The notes under the pieces are model-generated. The model was not told where the DNA came from. It ran no database searches and saw only the letters and a list, made by a program, of their open reading frames with translations. The position numbers and the translations under genes were made by a program. Below, piece by piece: positions 49,561 through 63,348 of a stretch of 64,000 nucleotides of DNA. Position 1 is the stretch's first letter, and each line of letters opens with the position of its first letter. The DNA is from Octopus bimaculoides (lineage: Eukaryota): contig NC_068981.1 in the NCBI RefSeq assembly GCF_001194135.2, forward strand, positions 152,997,814 through 153,061,813. Reading direction: 5' to 3'.

Positions 49561-51784
49561 ATGATTTCTTTTTCTAGACTATCCCAAAACCTGATTTTGA
49601 TTGCTAAAATATGGCTATAGTGCTATTGGTTTTGAAAAGAAACTGAAAAGAGCCTACGTGAATCTCTACTTTCAATTGTGGATTTATGTTAGTATTGCAG
49701 ATTCCCCTAATGACAAAAAAAGTGGTAACTGTTATTATCTAAGCACTAAAATATTCTGGAGAGTCCATGTTTGGTGTGAGTATGCTTACAGGTGTAGATT
49801 TTATACCACTGTTATTTGTTTTACAGTGATTGTTGATATATCAACCTTTCTTTAGCAAGTCAAATTTGTAATTCAGTGAAAATGTTTATACTGATATACT
49901 AAGTCATAGTTGATGCTGGCTAGATATATCAGCTATTGGTCTACTGGCCAAAGTGTCATAATATACTGTACTGTGTTTATGGCTCACACACAAGTCAATA
50001 TTCAATTCAAATGTACCCCTTGTAAGTACATCTCACTGCTGTGAGCAGTAGGGTCATAATATAACTGACAAGTGTTCTGTTAACTTGCAGTGTTAGCTGA
50101 GTTCAGTTCCCAGTTTAACACCACCTCCTGACCCTTGGGTGCTTTTTCAGTTACACTCTGTTGTAATCATTTCGATCAGGTCTCTGGTCTGAAGATAACT
50201 TCCCATTTGTCACAGGAACTCTGAAAAGAGTCATGGCACTGCCATTCCTCCTGTAGGGAAGCAATTAAAAGAAAATTCCTACCATAGGCAATAACAAAGA
50301 GAGAAGGAACTTTGGTATGTTTTTGTGGTATGTCAACAGTACAGTGTTTACTGGAACCACTGCCACAACCACCTTGTAAGTTGTATTTTGGAATGCAATG
50401 ATAGACTGTATCTAGACTATACAACTCTATCTCCCTTGAACAACAAGCTTCATACATCATGTAGAAACAGTAGAACAATGGTAAATGCTTTATAAATCAA
50501 AAGTGAATATAGCTTTGATTCTAAATTACAACCACTTGTATTACTCATACTCATGAAAACATCATGCACATCACAACTCACTTCCTTTCACCTGGTAAAT
50601 TTGAGATCTTTATGCCGATGTAAAATAATTAGAATTACGAACTGTCTACCTAAGAGTAGTGGGGGTGGAAAATGCTCTTGAGCACTAGAAAATATCTAGT
50701 TTTAAACTGAGTTCAATCTCTGCTGAAGCGGATTTTGTCTTTCATGATAAAATGATTACAAGTTGATTCAATATGTCATACCTCTTCCCTGTAAATGTTT
50801 GCCTTGTACTGAAGTTAACAGAAATAATTACCTTATTAATTGATGCTATACAGTGTAAGGTCTTCAAGAAATTAACCATGGTTAATTTATTTCATTTTGT
50901 TTTGTTGTTGTTGTTTCACACTGGGTCAGTCCTAATAGAACAAACTTATGATCAAAAGCATTCCAGCCATGATCATTGGGAGGGGAAAATTATGTATGTA
51001 TCTATGATTCTGATATTCAAAATGTCCTTTCCATTTTAAGACAATAGAATATGATTAGAAAGAGATTTGGTTGCTATATCTAGCAGATTAAGTGATCACA
51101 TAGAGGATCCCTCATTATATCACAAGTTTCTATTTCCTTTCTCTTATAATTTTGTTTATGAAATTATCATTATTGGAATGGCAGCTATGGTGTAACATTA
51201 AATTCTTGGTTAATCAAATCTTTAACATGATTTTGAGCCAAAGTTCATTTCTGTTTGGCTCACTACATATAAATATAATGCTGTCAAAAAAGACATAACC
51301 TAGTATTGCAAACTAAATGATGTCAATTCTCTGAACCAAGGATAAAGACTTCCCTTCTCACCTGTCTCAGGGCTGTTGGATGCATTACAGGTATTGTGCT
51401 TACTCCTCTGATTTACCCTTTGATAAAATGAATAAATAAAAAAATAAAAAAAATTACCTTTCCCTTAGATATCAATCCTTTTACTTTTATGATAAGTATT
51501 GCCAGCATTTGAACTTGGGCCACTTTTGGATTCAGACTACAATGTTATAATGATTTCACACTGACATTGGATACTTCTGAACTCAAATAGCACTTGGAGT
51601 GATTTTTGCTTTCATTTCTGTAGGAATTGATAACATAAATAAAATTAATGTGCAAAGATTGGTTCCATAAAAAAAAAAAAAACTCTGTCTTTGTACCTAC
51701 TCAGAAGAAATTGTTATAACCATAGAAGTAGTAATACTGTTTATATCATGAATTGGCTGTTCCTTCCATTGTGCCAATGTAGAA

Positions 51785-51989
51785 AATCTTGGCAGAATCA
51801 TTAGAACATCCGACAGTATTTAGTTCTGGCCCTTTGCATTCTGAGTTCAAATCTTACCAAGGGCTATTTTTGCATTCCACTCTTCTAAAGTTGATAAAAT
51901 AGTGCTAGTCAAGTGTTGGGATTAATATACTTGACTCTTCTTTCCCACCAAAATTTCTTGCTTTGTGCCTATGTAAGAAATCATTACTG

Positions 51990-52057
<68 letters not shown>

Positions 52058-52244
52058 GTGCTGGACAAAATGTTTAGCAGCATTTCTTCTGGTTTTTTAC
52101 ATTCTGAGTTAAAACCCTGCTGAGGTCATGTTTACCTTCCACTCTTTTGGAGTTGATGAAATAAAGTACCAGTGAAGTACTAGGATTGGTGTTATCAACA
52201 ATTCCCTCCCCTTAAAATAACTTGCCATGTGCCTGAATTTGAAA

Positions 52245-52278
<34 letters not shown>

Positions 52279-52535
52279 CATTATTATTGTTATTAAAGCA
52301 GTGAGCTGGCAGAATCGTTAGCGCACTAGACAAAATACTTAGCAGTATTTCACCCATCACTATGTTCTAAGTCCAAATTCTGCTGAGGTCGACTTTGCCT
52401 TTAGTCCTTTCAGGGTTGATAAGTACCAGTTGAACACTGAGGTTGTTGTAATCGACTCATCCCCTCCCCCAAAATTGCTGCCCTTATGGCAAAATTTGAA
52501 ACCATTATTATTGTTACTACTACTACTACTACTAC

Positions 52536-52570
<35 letters not shown>

Positions 52571-52790
52571 CAGCGAGCTGGCAGAATCGTCGGCACTCCA
52601 AGCAAAATATTTAGTGGCATTTCATCTTTCTTTATTTTCTGAGTTCAAATTCTGCCTAGGTTGACTTTACCTTTCATCCTTTTGGGGGGTCGATAAAATA
52701 AGTACCAGTTGAACACCGGGGTTGATGTAATTGACTCATCCCCTCCCCCAAAATCACTGCACTTGTGACAAAATTTGAAACCATTATTAT
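51785..52790 (+). mobile_element. Head-to-tail array of four SINE family C copies with (TTA)n/(CTA)n/(TAA)n linkers
   Basis: Copies at about 51790, 52058, 52295 and 52570, each containing gagtt.aaa....g..gaggtc...tttacctt..a..c..tt and ending ...aaatttgaaa(c/t)cattatta. Confidence 0.85.
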
Positions 52791-54580
52791 TATCATGTGA
52801 TCTGGTACCAAAATTTGAAGCAATTATGTTTTCTACATTACATCCTATGACTTTTATATTCTGTTTTTCATCTCCCTATTATCACTAAAAAAAGTACCAT
52901 TAATACAGTGGGATCCATTCAGTTAGTTGTGCCCGCTGTTTCCTGTAAACATTGGTGTTATTTTGAAATCAAAGAAATTGTTGTTTCCTGTTTTATTGTT
53001 TTCTCTCTTTTTCGGGCAACTATTTGTCAGAAATACTCAAACTTTCCTTTTTTAACTAGCTTTAATTCTGGTTCCCTTTTTACCACAATAACCCAAGAAC
53101 TGTATTTTCATCCGATGGGACTTCTGAACTGCTGATTCTTATTTTATGGATGTCTGACTCTGTTTAGATTTCAACTAAGAAGTATGCTTATCACAAAATT
53201 AGTGCTTATAAACATCCATTCTAATTATCTAAGTCTGCATTATCTCAGTTATTAATTTACATACACATAAATATTAGATCTTCCAATCTCTGTCTGTTCT
53301 AGATGCCAAAACAATTGCTGACTAAGATAGTTACTTAAATCTCACTGGCTTCATCACACTACTGTAGATAGGTACCAGAAATAGGTTCAGTTCATCACTG
53401 TATAGAGCCTGACCAATATGTAATTACTGTGTATTTAGTTAGCTTGCAGTATTCAATTCAAGTTCGTCTCTGGGTCTGGAGAAGTCAAGAAGTTGCTCCA
53501 TTGCTTAGCTCTATACAAGAATCCTTATTTAGCTTGTTTAGACTCAGTCTCTGGCTATGATTTGGTTTGCAGGTGATGACTTGTATGCAGCAGTCAAAAC
53601 TAACTGCATTACACTCCTTATATACAGATATCATTTTTACTTCACCACATTACATTTCATTTATTTGATATCCATTTGAGCATAAACTTCTTCAACACAT
53701 TTTCATAATTAGATATAATTGGCAAATTGGCAATGTAATTAAAACATTGGATTGGATAAATTGCCTTGCAGTATTTATCTTGACTTTTTGAATTCTGAGT
53801 TCAATTCTCACTGACATCAACTTTGCCTTTCCTAGTTCCGGTCTTGGGCAATGAATTGGCAGAATTGTTACCGCATCAGATAAGTTGTCTTATAATAATT
53901 TCTATTGTTCTTTGCATTTTGAGTTCAGATCCTGCTGTGGCCTTCTTGGGTACTAGACTTAATCCGTAACCCACCCAATTAAACACCATCATCTAATCCT
54001 TGGCTTAGAGTCTGCTTTGTTGCCAGTATTTTGGCCAAGTCTTTGGTTTGAAGGTACATCCCCTAACCACTGAAGATTCCATACAAGATCATGAGCAAAG
54101 CCTTTCCTCCTAACTGATAAAAACTCATTTACTTTGTCATATTATAAAATATCCTTAGTGCTGTGAATTGGCTGAATCAGTAGCATGTCAGTATTTAGTT
54201 ATGACCCTTTATGTTCTGAGTTCAAATTCCACTGAAATAGGCTTTACCTGTTATTGTTCCAAGTTCAATAAAATAAAGTTTCTATAAAGTACAGGGGTAG
54301 ATTTAATTGATTATCTCTCTCTCTCTCTCTCTCTAAACATTGTGATCTTTTACCAGTGTTAGAAAGCAATATATTACACAACAACCTTACAATATTTAGA
54401 TCTATCCTTTTAACTTCTGACTTCACTCCTTTGTGGACAATGAAATAAAGTCTAGATGCATTGAGTTATTCTCTTCTGTTCTGCAATAGTATATCTTTGT
54501 AGCAATGTCCTGACTTTCTTCTGTTGGCTCTCAGCTCCTGATAAAGTCATGTAGATGAGCATTGTAACACAGGGTGTGTC

Positions 54581-54814
54581 TTAACCCTTTAACATTTAGA
54601 TTACCCTGCCAAATATAATGCTTGTTTATTCATATTGTTTTGAATTAATCATGCATTATCTCATGGCTTCAAAATTTTGATGATGTGATTGTTTATTTTC
54701 AGAAAATTTTTAGAAATTTAGGGCATCAGTAAGTGGCCAGATCTGGCTGGTTTGAACATAAAATAGGTAAAATATTTAAGCCAGATATGGTCGATTTAAA
54801 TGCTAAAGGGTTAA
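54581..54814. mobile_element. piggyBac-type MITE (family P2)
   Basis: TTAA-CCCTTTAACATTTA ... TAAATGCTAAAGGG-TTAA. Confidence 0.85.
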
Positions 54815-56429
54815 GCATTTTGAACCTGGTGGATTTCATGCCTCTCCATGTTTGAACATGGCTGACTTCTTTCAGAAAAAAGAAGAAAAAAAAATCAACC
54901 TTAATACTATAGGTTTTAGTATCCTGGTAAAATGAAAGGCAAAGTTTACATTGATGGGATTTGAACTCAGTATGCAGAAAGCTATAATGAATACTGCAAG
55001 ACATTCTATTCAACATTTTAATGACTCTGCCAGTCTAAGGAATTATGATTATCAAGACTTAAGACAGAAACTACAATAAATACTACATGGTATTTACTTC
55101 TATTTATCCCTCTTGGCTCTGACTGTACAAGACCTAGCAAGGTCCACTTATCCTTCCATCCTGCTAGGATCAGTAATATAAGGGTTTTGGTTTAATCTCC
55201 TATTCAGTTCTGCCCTCATACCTATGTAAGAAAAAAAAAAAAGACAGAGCCTCCATGTGGTCACCATATATGCTAGAAGTGGCAACCAAATTTTCCTTTA
55301 CTCACACTTTCACTATCTTTAAAACAAGATGATATCTAACAGTATATTGTAGTGGTTCCTGACTCTTACACTGATTGAAGATTATCTGTTTGAATTGATT
55401 TTCCCATGAAGGCTTTTGAAAAATTTGTCTAGTCAACATTTTTTGAATTCAACTGACAGACCCCACTACTACTGCAAACCTGAGGCTGGGAACCATTGCT
55501 ATATTTGAGAATGCAGTATTAGAGAGAGAAAAAAATGACTAATGTTCATAGTTGGGAAGCTTTTAAACATAAGCCTGTTCAGTTAAGGCTATCCTGGGGC
55601 TAAACAGTAATTAATGCTGTCATTATTTCATTTCCAATGGCAGTAGAAATGTCTAATAAATATATCATGTAGATGAAACAATAACCATTAATCATTAAGT
55701 ATTAATCCGTTCATATTAGCTGTCATGATGTTTGTTTCGATTTGACTTTTAAATTAATTTTTGTTTGTAGTTGTTGTTTAACTCAAAACCATCAGTATTG
55801 TTGAACAGATTTTAATCAAAAGCTTTCTAGCTATAACCATCCTATCTTTTCCAGACATAATATATCTAGGACTACAAAGCCTTATGTGTCCTTTCCCTTA
55901 AAAAAAATTTTTTTTTTTTTGAACCTTTTTGTGACCCAATGTCTTCTGAAATACTTGGTCTATGACTTTTAATTACTTTTTAAGATTAACTAGCATTTGG
56001 TGGCAATTAATAAAATAACTAATTATGCTATTAGGAATTTAGTATTTGAAATATAATTTAACAAAAGGTTCTTATATTAAACTATGTTGGGATGTTTTAA
56101 TTTAAACATTAATACTTTCAGAGGGTTAAGATAGTATGATTTCAGGACATTGCAGCTGCTATTTCTTACAAATTGACTGCATAGAGGATTCTTTGTATCC
56201 ACCAAGAGTTAATAAAATAAAATTGCAGTGATATATATATAATATCCACATCTTTTATGATAATATTGGTCTTGTGTCTTGGCTGTTGAAATAAAGTACA
56301 GGCTATTGTTAATGTCATTTCGCCCCTAATTAAACCTTGATTGATCAAAAGTATTACAATTTGGACTATTCCAAGCATGTCCTTTTTTTTTTTTTTTTTA
56401 GTTTGTTAGGGTGTGGTTTGAGAGAATTG

Positions 56430-56765
56430 TCTGATATCTCAACCAGGGTCCATAGAAGATATTTGTAGGGTCCATGCAACAAATTAGTAAATTGGGGAGG
56501 GATCCACAAAAGTATTTTAAAGGCCTCTGAAAGAATTTTGATTTAGATGTATGTATTGGTATGTATTACAAGAAACAGCTATGTATCTTTCTCTAACATT
56601 TTACATAGTTCAGCCTATACAAGTTAATGTGTGAAAAAACAAAGTAGGAGTTTTGAAAGAAGTATCTATAAAACTAGTTTTTAAACATCGAATGGCTATG
56701 GCAGTCCACCAAAATGAAATAGTAATCAAAGGGGTCCATAGATAAATAATGGTTGAGAACCCCTG
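56430..56765. mobile_element. Decayed hAT (Charlie-like) MITE
   Basis: Right end ggggtccatag...GGTTGAGAACCCCTG; degenerate left end ...tctcaaccagggtccatag. Confidence 0.5.
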
Positions 56766-57324
56766 ATATAGAGACTTGTTCATTGGTCAAGGTGAACTTT
56801 GAATGCTAGTGATCTGTCAACCTGCTGCCACTCAGTCAACTTGTAACCAAAATATCCTACTATCTAATCAGCCAGCAGAAAACTCAGTAACATAAATCCT
56901 ACCAAAAATATAAAACCTTCATTATTTTGTTTGATATTTCCACTTTATTTTTCAGTTGAAAGCATTTCTCTGTCTCTCTCTTTATTGATTATTTTTTTAT
57001 TATCCTAAACTATAAATTTTAGAAACTACAAATGTAGATTCTAATTCTTTATTGGTGCTGGAATATTTTGAATTTTACCTTTGTATCTTATCAGACTATA
57101 CAAAGAGATTGTATAAAAATGCCTTCAAAAAAAAAATTATAGAAAAATAAAAAAACAGTTAAGTGAATAATTTAAATGTAATATCTCTAGTTTGACAAGC
57201 AGTTTGATGCTCCATGATTATCAATTCTTTGTGCTGTTTCACATGAAATACCTGATTTTCATAGTACTCTTTTTCTCTCATACTCATTCACTCTATCATT
57301 TTTGCTTGCTCTCTTTCACTCCTT

Positions 57325-57418
57325 ACTCTCTCTCTCTCTTCCACCCACACTCTCTCTCTCTCTTCCACCCACTCTCTCTCTCTCTCTTCCACCCACTCTC
57401 TCTCTCTCTCTTCCACCA
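57325..57418. repeat. Short minisatellite (CT)n-TTCCACCCA x4
   Basis: The unit ctctctctctcttccacccac is repeated four times with variable CT number. Confidence 0.9.
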
Positions 57419-60400
57419 TATATATATATATATATATAATATATATATTGTGTGTGTGTGTGTCTTCTGTTCTAATGTCTTTTGTAGGTGATTGTCTTTC
57501 TGTCAGTAACTTTTCTTTAAACATCTTTGTCAGAACTTTAGTCTGTCAAGTACTATTTCTCAAAGTTAACTAAAAGTATTTTGAAATTAATAGACATTCT
57601 TCTTTAATAATGCATTGAGAGGATAATTGCTATTTTCCTGCCAGTGTGCTACATCCAATGACCTTTAGTAGGACCTAAATTCATATATTAAATAGATCTT
57701 AGAACATTTACCATGAAGTATATGTTGATGATGATGGCAATATAACTACTAATTGTTCAATAAATAATGAATGATAGATTTGTGTGTGTGTGTGTGTAAA
57801 ATACTGTGTTTGAACTAATTGAAATTATGTTGTATGTTCTATATATGAGTGTCATAAACTGTTGGCATATTCCCTTTGTTTCTACTGCTGACAAAGCCAA
57901 AACATAAAAAAAAAAAAACATTGGGTGTGCTAATAATGTTTCAAATTGGACTTGTGTAAATCTCTATCTAACCAGTGCCAGGTCAGTTCTGGGAGTCTTG
58001 TTCTTACAGCAAGCCGCCACCCAACTGAAGCCTTTCCCAAAAACAACATTTTCATTATATGTTAAAGATTTTATTTTTAATCTTTCAGTTCTTTTCTTCT
58101 CAACACCTTCTCTCTGTTGTTCTTCCTCCATGCAACTCACTAAAATAAAGTTGATTAAAAAAAAAAACAACCATCTTTTTTTGTTTTTAGCTTCTGTTGT
58201 TACTATTTCCAACTGCTTTCTTTTTTTCCATCTATATAGTCATCAACTCTATTGGCCTTTCTTCCTTTTTCTTTTGTCTCTCCTATTTTTCTTGCATCCT
58301 TTCACCAATCAATTTATTTTCTGATAAATCTATACTTTCTGAAACGATTTTTCTTTCGAAGAACATTACAGAACTATTTTTATGGCTTTTTCATCAGATG
58401 TTACTCTGATGGTCTTTGCTAGAAAAATGTTAACTTGTGAAACAATAACTCAGCTAGTAGAAATAGTATTTGCAGTAGTGAATTAACTGAAAAGAACACT
58501 AGAAAAAAAAAAAAGGTGGTTCATTCGTTATATCTTATAAGATAGTGAAGTTTGTTTTTGTTGTTAAATACAGAAATTATCTTTTTATTGTTCCATACCA
58601 AGATTGTGCTTACTCCAAGGCAAAATGATAATAAAGCATACATTAACCATCTGGTAGCATGATGAGAATCGTTTGTTGTTATTTTTTGATTCATTTTGTC
58701 TTTTACCATTGTTTTGTGTATTTGATAACCAAAGTAGTTTTAAATTATAACTGAAGAATATTTCATAAAATGATATTTTTAAACGCTTTCGTATGTGAAT
58801 GTGTGTTAGTGTCTCCTTGTGTTGATATCACGTGATAATTATGAGAGTCACTGTCATACAAGCAGTGTCATTCATTTCTAAAATTCTGCATGAACATGTC
58901 TGGCCATCAAGAAATAGCTTGCTTGGAAACAAGTGAGAGTTGCAACAGGATGAACACCCTGCTGTATAAAATATGCTTCAATATACACCATCTAATCCAT
59001 GCCAGCATGGAAAAAGTAGACACTGAAATGATGATAATTTGAATTTTGTTCCACTTTTGACTTCACATTTTTATTTTAAATTTATTTCTAGTATAGATTT
59101 TCATTTCCTTTTTACATTGTTTTAGAATTTTGTAAATCTTTCTATATTACATCTAAATTTTATGCAGTTTAAAATCCACTTCTCATTATCTGTGTCTCTA
59201 AATGTTATTTCTGAAAAGACAATATTTTTTTGTGTAGTCTTGTTTGTGTTGGTGAAGAATATGACTAAATGTTGCTTTTAATTTGAAAAAAATGGGGAAC
59301 AGTACGCAATTGTTGAAAGACTATCAGGAAATAAATCAATATATTCACGATTACAATGACATGGTCATTGAGAAAGCTATCAGATGTTGTTTAGCTGTGG
59401 CCACCTAGTCGTATGAACTGGCATCTTTCTCAATGGCTATGCAGAAAACTCAGTTTTCTCGCTGGACAGTGATACACATGAAAAGTTATGTTGTTTTACA
59501 TGAATTATACTGTCTGATCTTTATTCTAGCTGTTATGAGGCAAATAAGTGGAGTGGACATGATTATCTGCTGAAAACTGGTTTTAGACGACAGAACAGAT
59601 CGTAGTCCATAACAAAATAATGTTATAAAATTTTAGTTTATATATAATATCCTGAATAATAAATTAGATCTTTATTCTTCTTATATTTCCCTTTCATTAC
59701 ATAATACTTAACACTGTAAAGAAATCATTATTTTACTTATTGTATTAAAAGAAGAATGTTCAAACCAGCTTGCGTTATGATAGACACACGTGGCGATGGG
59801 TAGTTATTCTGAAAAGTATAATTATATTACGTATCAATAAATATTGGAATTTTTGTCTAAAAAATAAATGTTCGATGGAGAGTCATTCTTATACGAGTTA
59901 ATTAGGCGTTAGACTAACGGGTTGAGGTTTGCTAGGTCGTGTCCCACTAACACCACGACCACTATTTCGTACATGAATGAACATGACACTTAAATTATTC
60001 TGGTTCAGTGAATCTAATTCTTAATAATTATCATCGATATGTACAGCTCACTGTATAAATTAAACAGTGTTTGCCTTAAATTGTACTGAGAAGGCAGACC
60101 TATGTGATCAAAGGCGTTCCAGTTCCTTATTTTTTTCTTTTTTGTTTCTCGGTTTTGGGTTCGCGATTTTAAAGTCGTGGTTTCTATTCTTGAGCAGCGC
60201 GTTGTGTCATTGAGCAAGGCGCTTTATCTCTCGGTGTCCCGGTTTCTTCAGCTAAAAATGAGTCCCGGTCTATTGCTAGTGTAGCCGTTTCTCCCTCCAG
60301 CTGCAACACTTTCAATGTTCTGCTGAGTCAAAAGAGGGGTGTCTATGTTTGCTCGCGACTGCGTCGGCGCCTAAAGGAATTAGCGAAAGTGGGGTGCATG

Positions 60401-61287
60401 CTATCAAGTCATACTTGCAAGTAACAGTTTTAATTTTTTTTAATGGTATGCACGTCTGTATAACGCAGTGTCTTACTTTTTTAAGGTGGCAGAGAGATTT
60501 GGCTACAGTTTCTAGTGAGTTCAATGACCTCTCCATTGCTTGACCTATTAGTGTTTCGTTAGCTTTCCATGCTGAATTTGTTTTGCTTTCTGCAACGTTT
60601 CACTCAACTGTGATAGAAGGCAGTTGAAACCCTACCTTGATAAATTAGACACACGTAGAAACAGAGAACAAATCAATACAAAATAAAAAATAAATAAAAA
60701 AACAGCAGAAGTCCAAGAGACATTCACAGTTAATATTAGATTGACGCTCAAAGAAGGAAAAATGTCATAGAGTAAATGTTTAACGTTTCGGATATTGCTC
60801 TTCATCGGATACTACTGGAAAATTTGGAGAAAGAGACAAGAAAGAGTGCAAATGAGATAAAAAAAAAAAAAAAGAAGAGATCCAAGAAGCAGTTGTAAGA
60901 TAGGTTCACTGCTGCATGCTTTTAACCATTGCTCTGATCGAGCAGAGCTTAATCTAGAGCTACTATCTAAAAAAAAAATCTTAAATTCTTAATAGTATTT
61001 AATGAGCAGCGTCGTTGGTTTTAAGTTTGCAGTGGGCCAATAAATTGTTTGTTGCAATTCCAATGGCGGCAGTGACAAGGGAATGGCTGTCGAAAAATAT
61101 CTCAAGGTAGTGTTTAAGGTTTCACATATCTATTATCGTACATCCCCAGACTTCGATTAACTGGTACTACCCATGCAATCAGTATTAACCAGGTGGTGCC
61201 TTACAGTTATATTTAATGCATTCTTGTACATTTTCAGAGGCATAAATGTTGACTCTGTAGCTTAATATATATATTCTTTCATTATAG

Positions 61288-61505
61288 GGCGGCGAACTGG
61301 CAAAATCGTTAGCACGCCGTGCAAAATGCGCTTAGTGGTATTTCGTCCGTCTTTATGTTCTGAGTACAAATTCCACCGAGGTCGACTTTACCTTTCATCT
61401 TTTCGGGGTCGAAAAAATAAGTATCAGTTGAGCACAGGGGTCGATGTAATCGATTTATTCCCTCCCGCCGAAATTACTGGCCTTATGCCGAAATTTGAAG
61501 CCAAT
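61288..61505 (+). mobile_element. SINE family C, CpG-intact copy
   Basis: Runs ggcggcgaactggcaaaatcgttagcacgccg...gagtacaaattccaccgaggtcgac...gccttatgccgaaatttgaa. Homologues at 10600-10800(-), 11145-11365(-), 20620-20835(-), 43630-43850, 53720-53940, 54160-54310, 54900-55040(-), 62780-62980(-) and 63600-63775. Confidence 0.85.
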
Positions 61506-61679
61506 ATGTTCACTATCTATAGCAAGTATAGACAACCTTTATTGAGAAGCGGGCCGCTCGAGAAATGGCTCATCGTCAAAGAAACTCTTCGTTAGCCATG
61601 TCATGTCGAAAGTCTCGCGGGCCGCAGGTTACCTGTGATTGATTTATAGTAACAAATATATATGGTCTTTCGGTTCAAC

Positions 61680-61887
61680 GAGGAAGGTCACGCGATTTGC
61701 TAGAAACACCAACGAAATCTCTCTCAAAATACACTTATCTATAGAAAAAGAAGACATCGCATAACGTAGGCCTTGGTGCACTATGCCTAAATAAAGACGT
61801 AGTTGTCATGGTTGGGATGCCTTTTGGTCATATATCTGTTTAATCAGATCTGACCCGGGGCTAAACAACAACAACAACATCAACAAC
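61680..61887 (+). mobile_element. Repeat family H (SINE-like, (AAC)n tail)
   Basis: Runs ggtcac...gctagaaa...aaatctc...tcatgg..gg.atgcc..t..tcata...ctg...atcag..ctgacc.ggggctaaacaacaac. Decayed copies near 19390-19520(-), 23750-24150, 30850-31010(-), 32050-32240, 33300-33530(-), 34620-34900, 47380-47590(-), 50910-51110(-), 55250-55610 and 55770-55900(-). Confidence 0.65.
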
Positions 61888-62099
61888 TTATGTAATTGGC
61901 TAATATTAATGAAAGTGGATTATAAAGTATTTTTCTGTAATAGACTAAAGTGAACACAAAATGAAATAATACAATATAAAATATAAAAAGAAACTCTATC
62001 CATAAAGCTCTTTTTGTAAAATAACATACTGAAAAAGACCCATTGTCCAAACATTGTATAAATGAATAAACTATGACGTTAAGAGGAAATGAAACAGTT

Positions 62100-62330
62100 G
62101 TACCTGACCAGTGTATGAACATTGCTTGTGAATTGGTTAACTTCGATTGGTCTTGATCAGTTTTTTTCAGTTACCAATCCAGTATTCCTTCCTGGTTAAA
62201 CAATAGGGCTCAACAACACTTCCGGTCTTTCCTGTAAGGGTCAAATTCAGTGTTGCATTATTGAAACGGTCATCTGGAGATTTGGCATCAGTGCTACCTT
62301 TATGTCTGCCTAATAGTTTCGCCGGAAATC
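62100..62330. promoter_or_regulatory. Promoter-like element downstream of TBC1D13 (orientation unresolved)
   Basis: ATTGG at 62132 and 62146, CCAAT at 62174 and ETS ACTTCCGGT at 62218-62226, in CpG-retaining unique sequence followed by a (GA)n tract. Confidence 0.5.
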
Positions 62331-63348
62331 AGAATCACATCCCACTTCGCTTGTTAACCCTCACAGTGTGCAAGAGAGAGAGAGAGCAGAAGAAAAGATA
62401 AGCTTGTCTTCTATTTAATTGCAACAAAAATATAGGAGTGTTGACCAGCGATGTTTGACCAGTCTCGGCCATTTCCAACTGTCAACGGTTGGACGAAGAA
62501 ATGGCCAAACAGCAAAAATGAATAAATATAAATAGAATAAAAGTAACAAAAACATTAAAATCGAAAGGGAATAAATGAAAAGCAAAAAGAAAAAAAAACG
62601 CGATTAGAACTGTGTTTAGGTCTTATTTTGTTGTGTGTGCGTGTGCATGCGCGCGCATGTGTGTGTGTGTGTGTGTGCGTGTTTTACGGTATTGTTTCAC
62701 ACTGAGATTAGTTCCAGAGATGGCAAGCCTGAGACCCTGTTTCGATTCCCAGTTGTATCAATTTATTTCATTATAATAATCCTTTCTACTATAGGCACAA
62801 GGCCTGAAATTTTGGGGAGGAGGATAGTCGATTACATCGACCCTAGTATTCAACTGGTACTTAATTTATCGGCCCCGGAAGGATGAACGGCAAAGTCGAC
62901 CTCGGCGGAATTTGAACTCAGAAATACCGCTATGCATTTTTCCCGGCATGCTAACGATTCTGCCAGCTCGCTGCCTTTATTTTACTATAATAATGCTTTT
63001 GGAAAACAAATCAGTGGCACCTCAATATAGCCTTAGCCGTAATTACTTTTTACTAGTTTCGGTCATTGGACTGCGGTCATACTGGGACACCACTTTGAAA
63101 GTTCCCTCTCCTAAATTCCTTCTCAAAGCATTGGTCAGCCTGAGGTTATAGTAGAAGATACTTGCCCTAGGAGCTGCGCAGTGGGATTGAAACTGGAACC
63201 ACATGATTGCAAAGCGAGCTTTATAAGCACACAGCTATATCTGCACCTGCTTAAATAAATGTCAAGAAATAAAGCAAACAATCGTATTTTGTTATCTCTT
63301 CCTTGCGTTTTTGTAAGAAATTGATTTTGAAACAAAAGTGTAACAGAA

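Noticed and set aside
50176-50478. 100-aa minus ORF
   Set aside because: Starts at a non-ATG codon, has no homology I recognise and no supporting splice sites. It is compatible with 3'UTR or downstream non-coding sequence.
51785-52790. Regular repeat-spacer appearance suggestive of CRISPR
   Set aside because: The units are ~200-bp SINEs separated by microsatellites in a eukaryotic locus, with no cas genes or 25-45-bp repeats.
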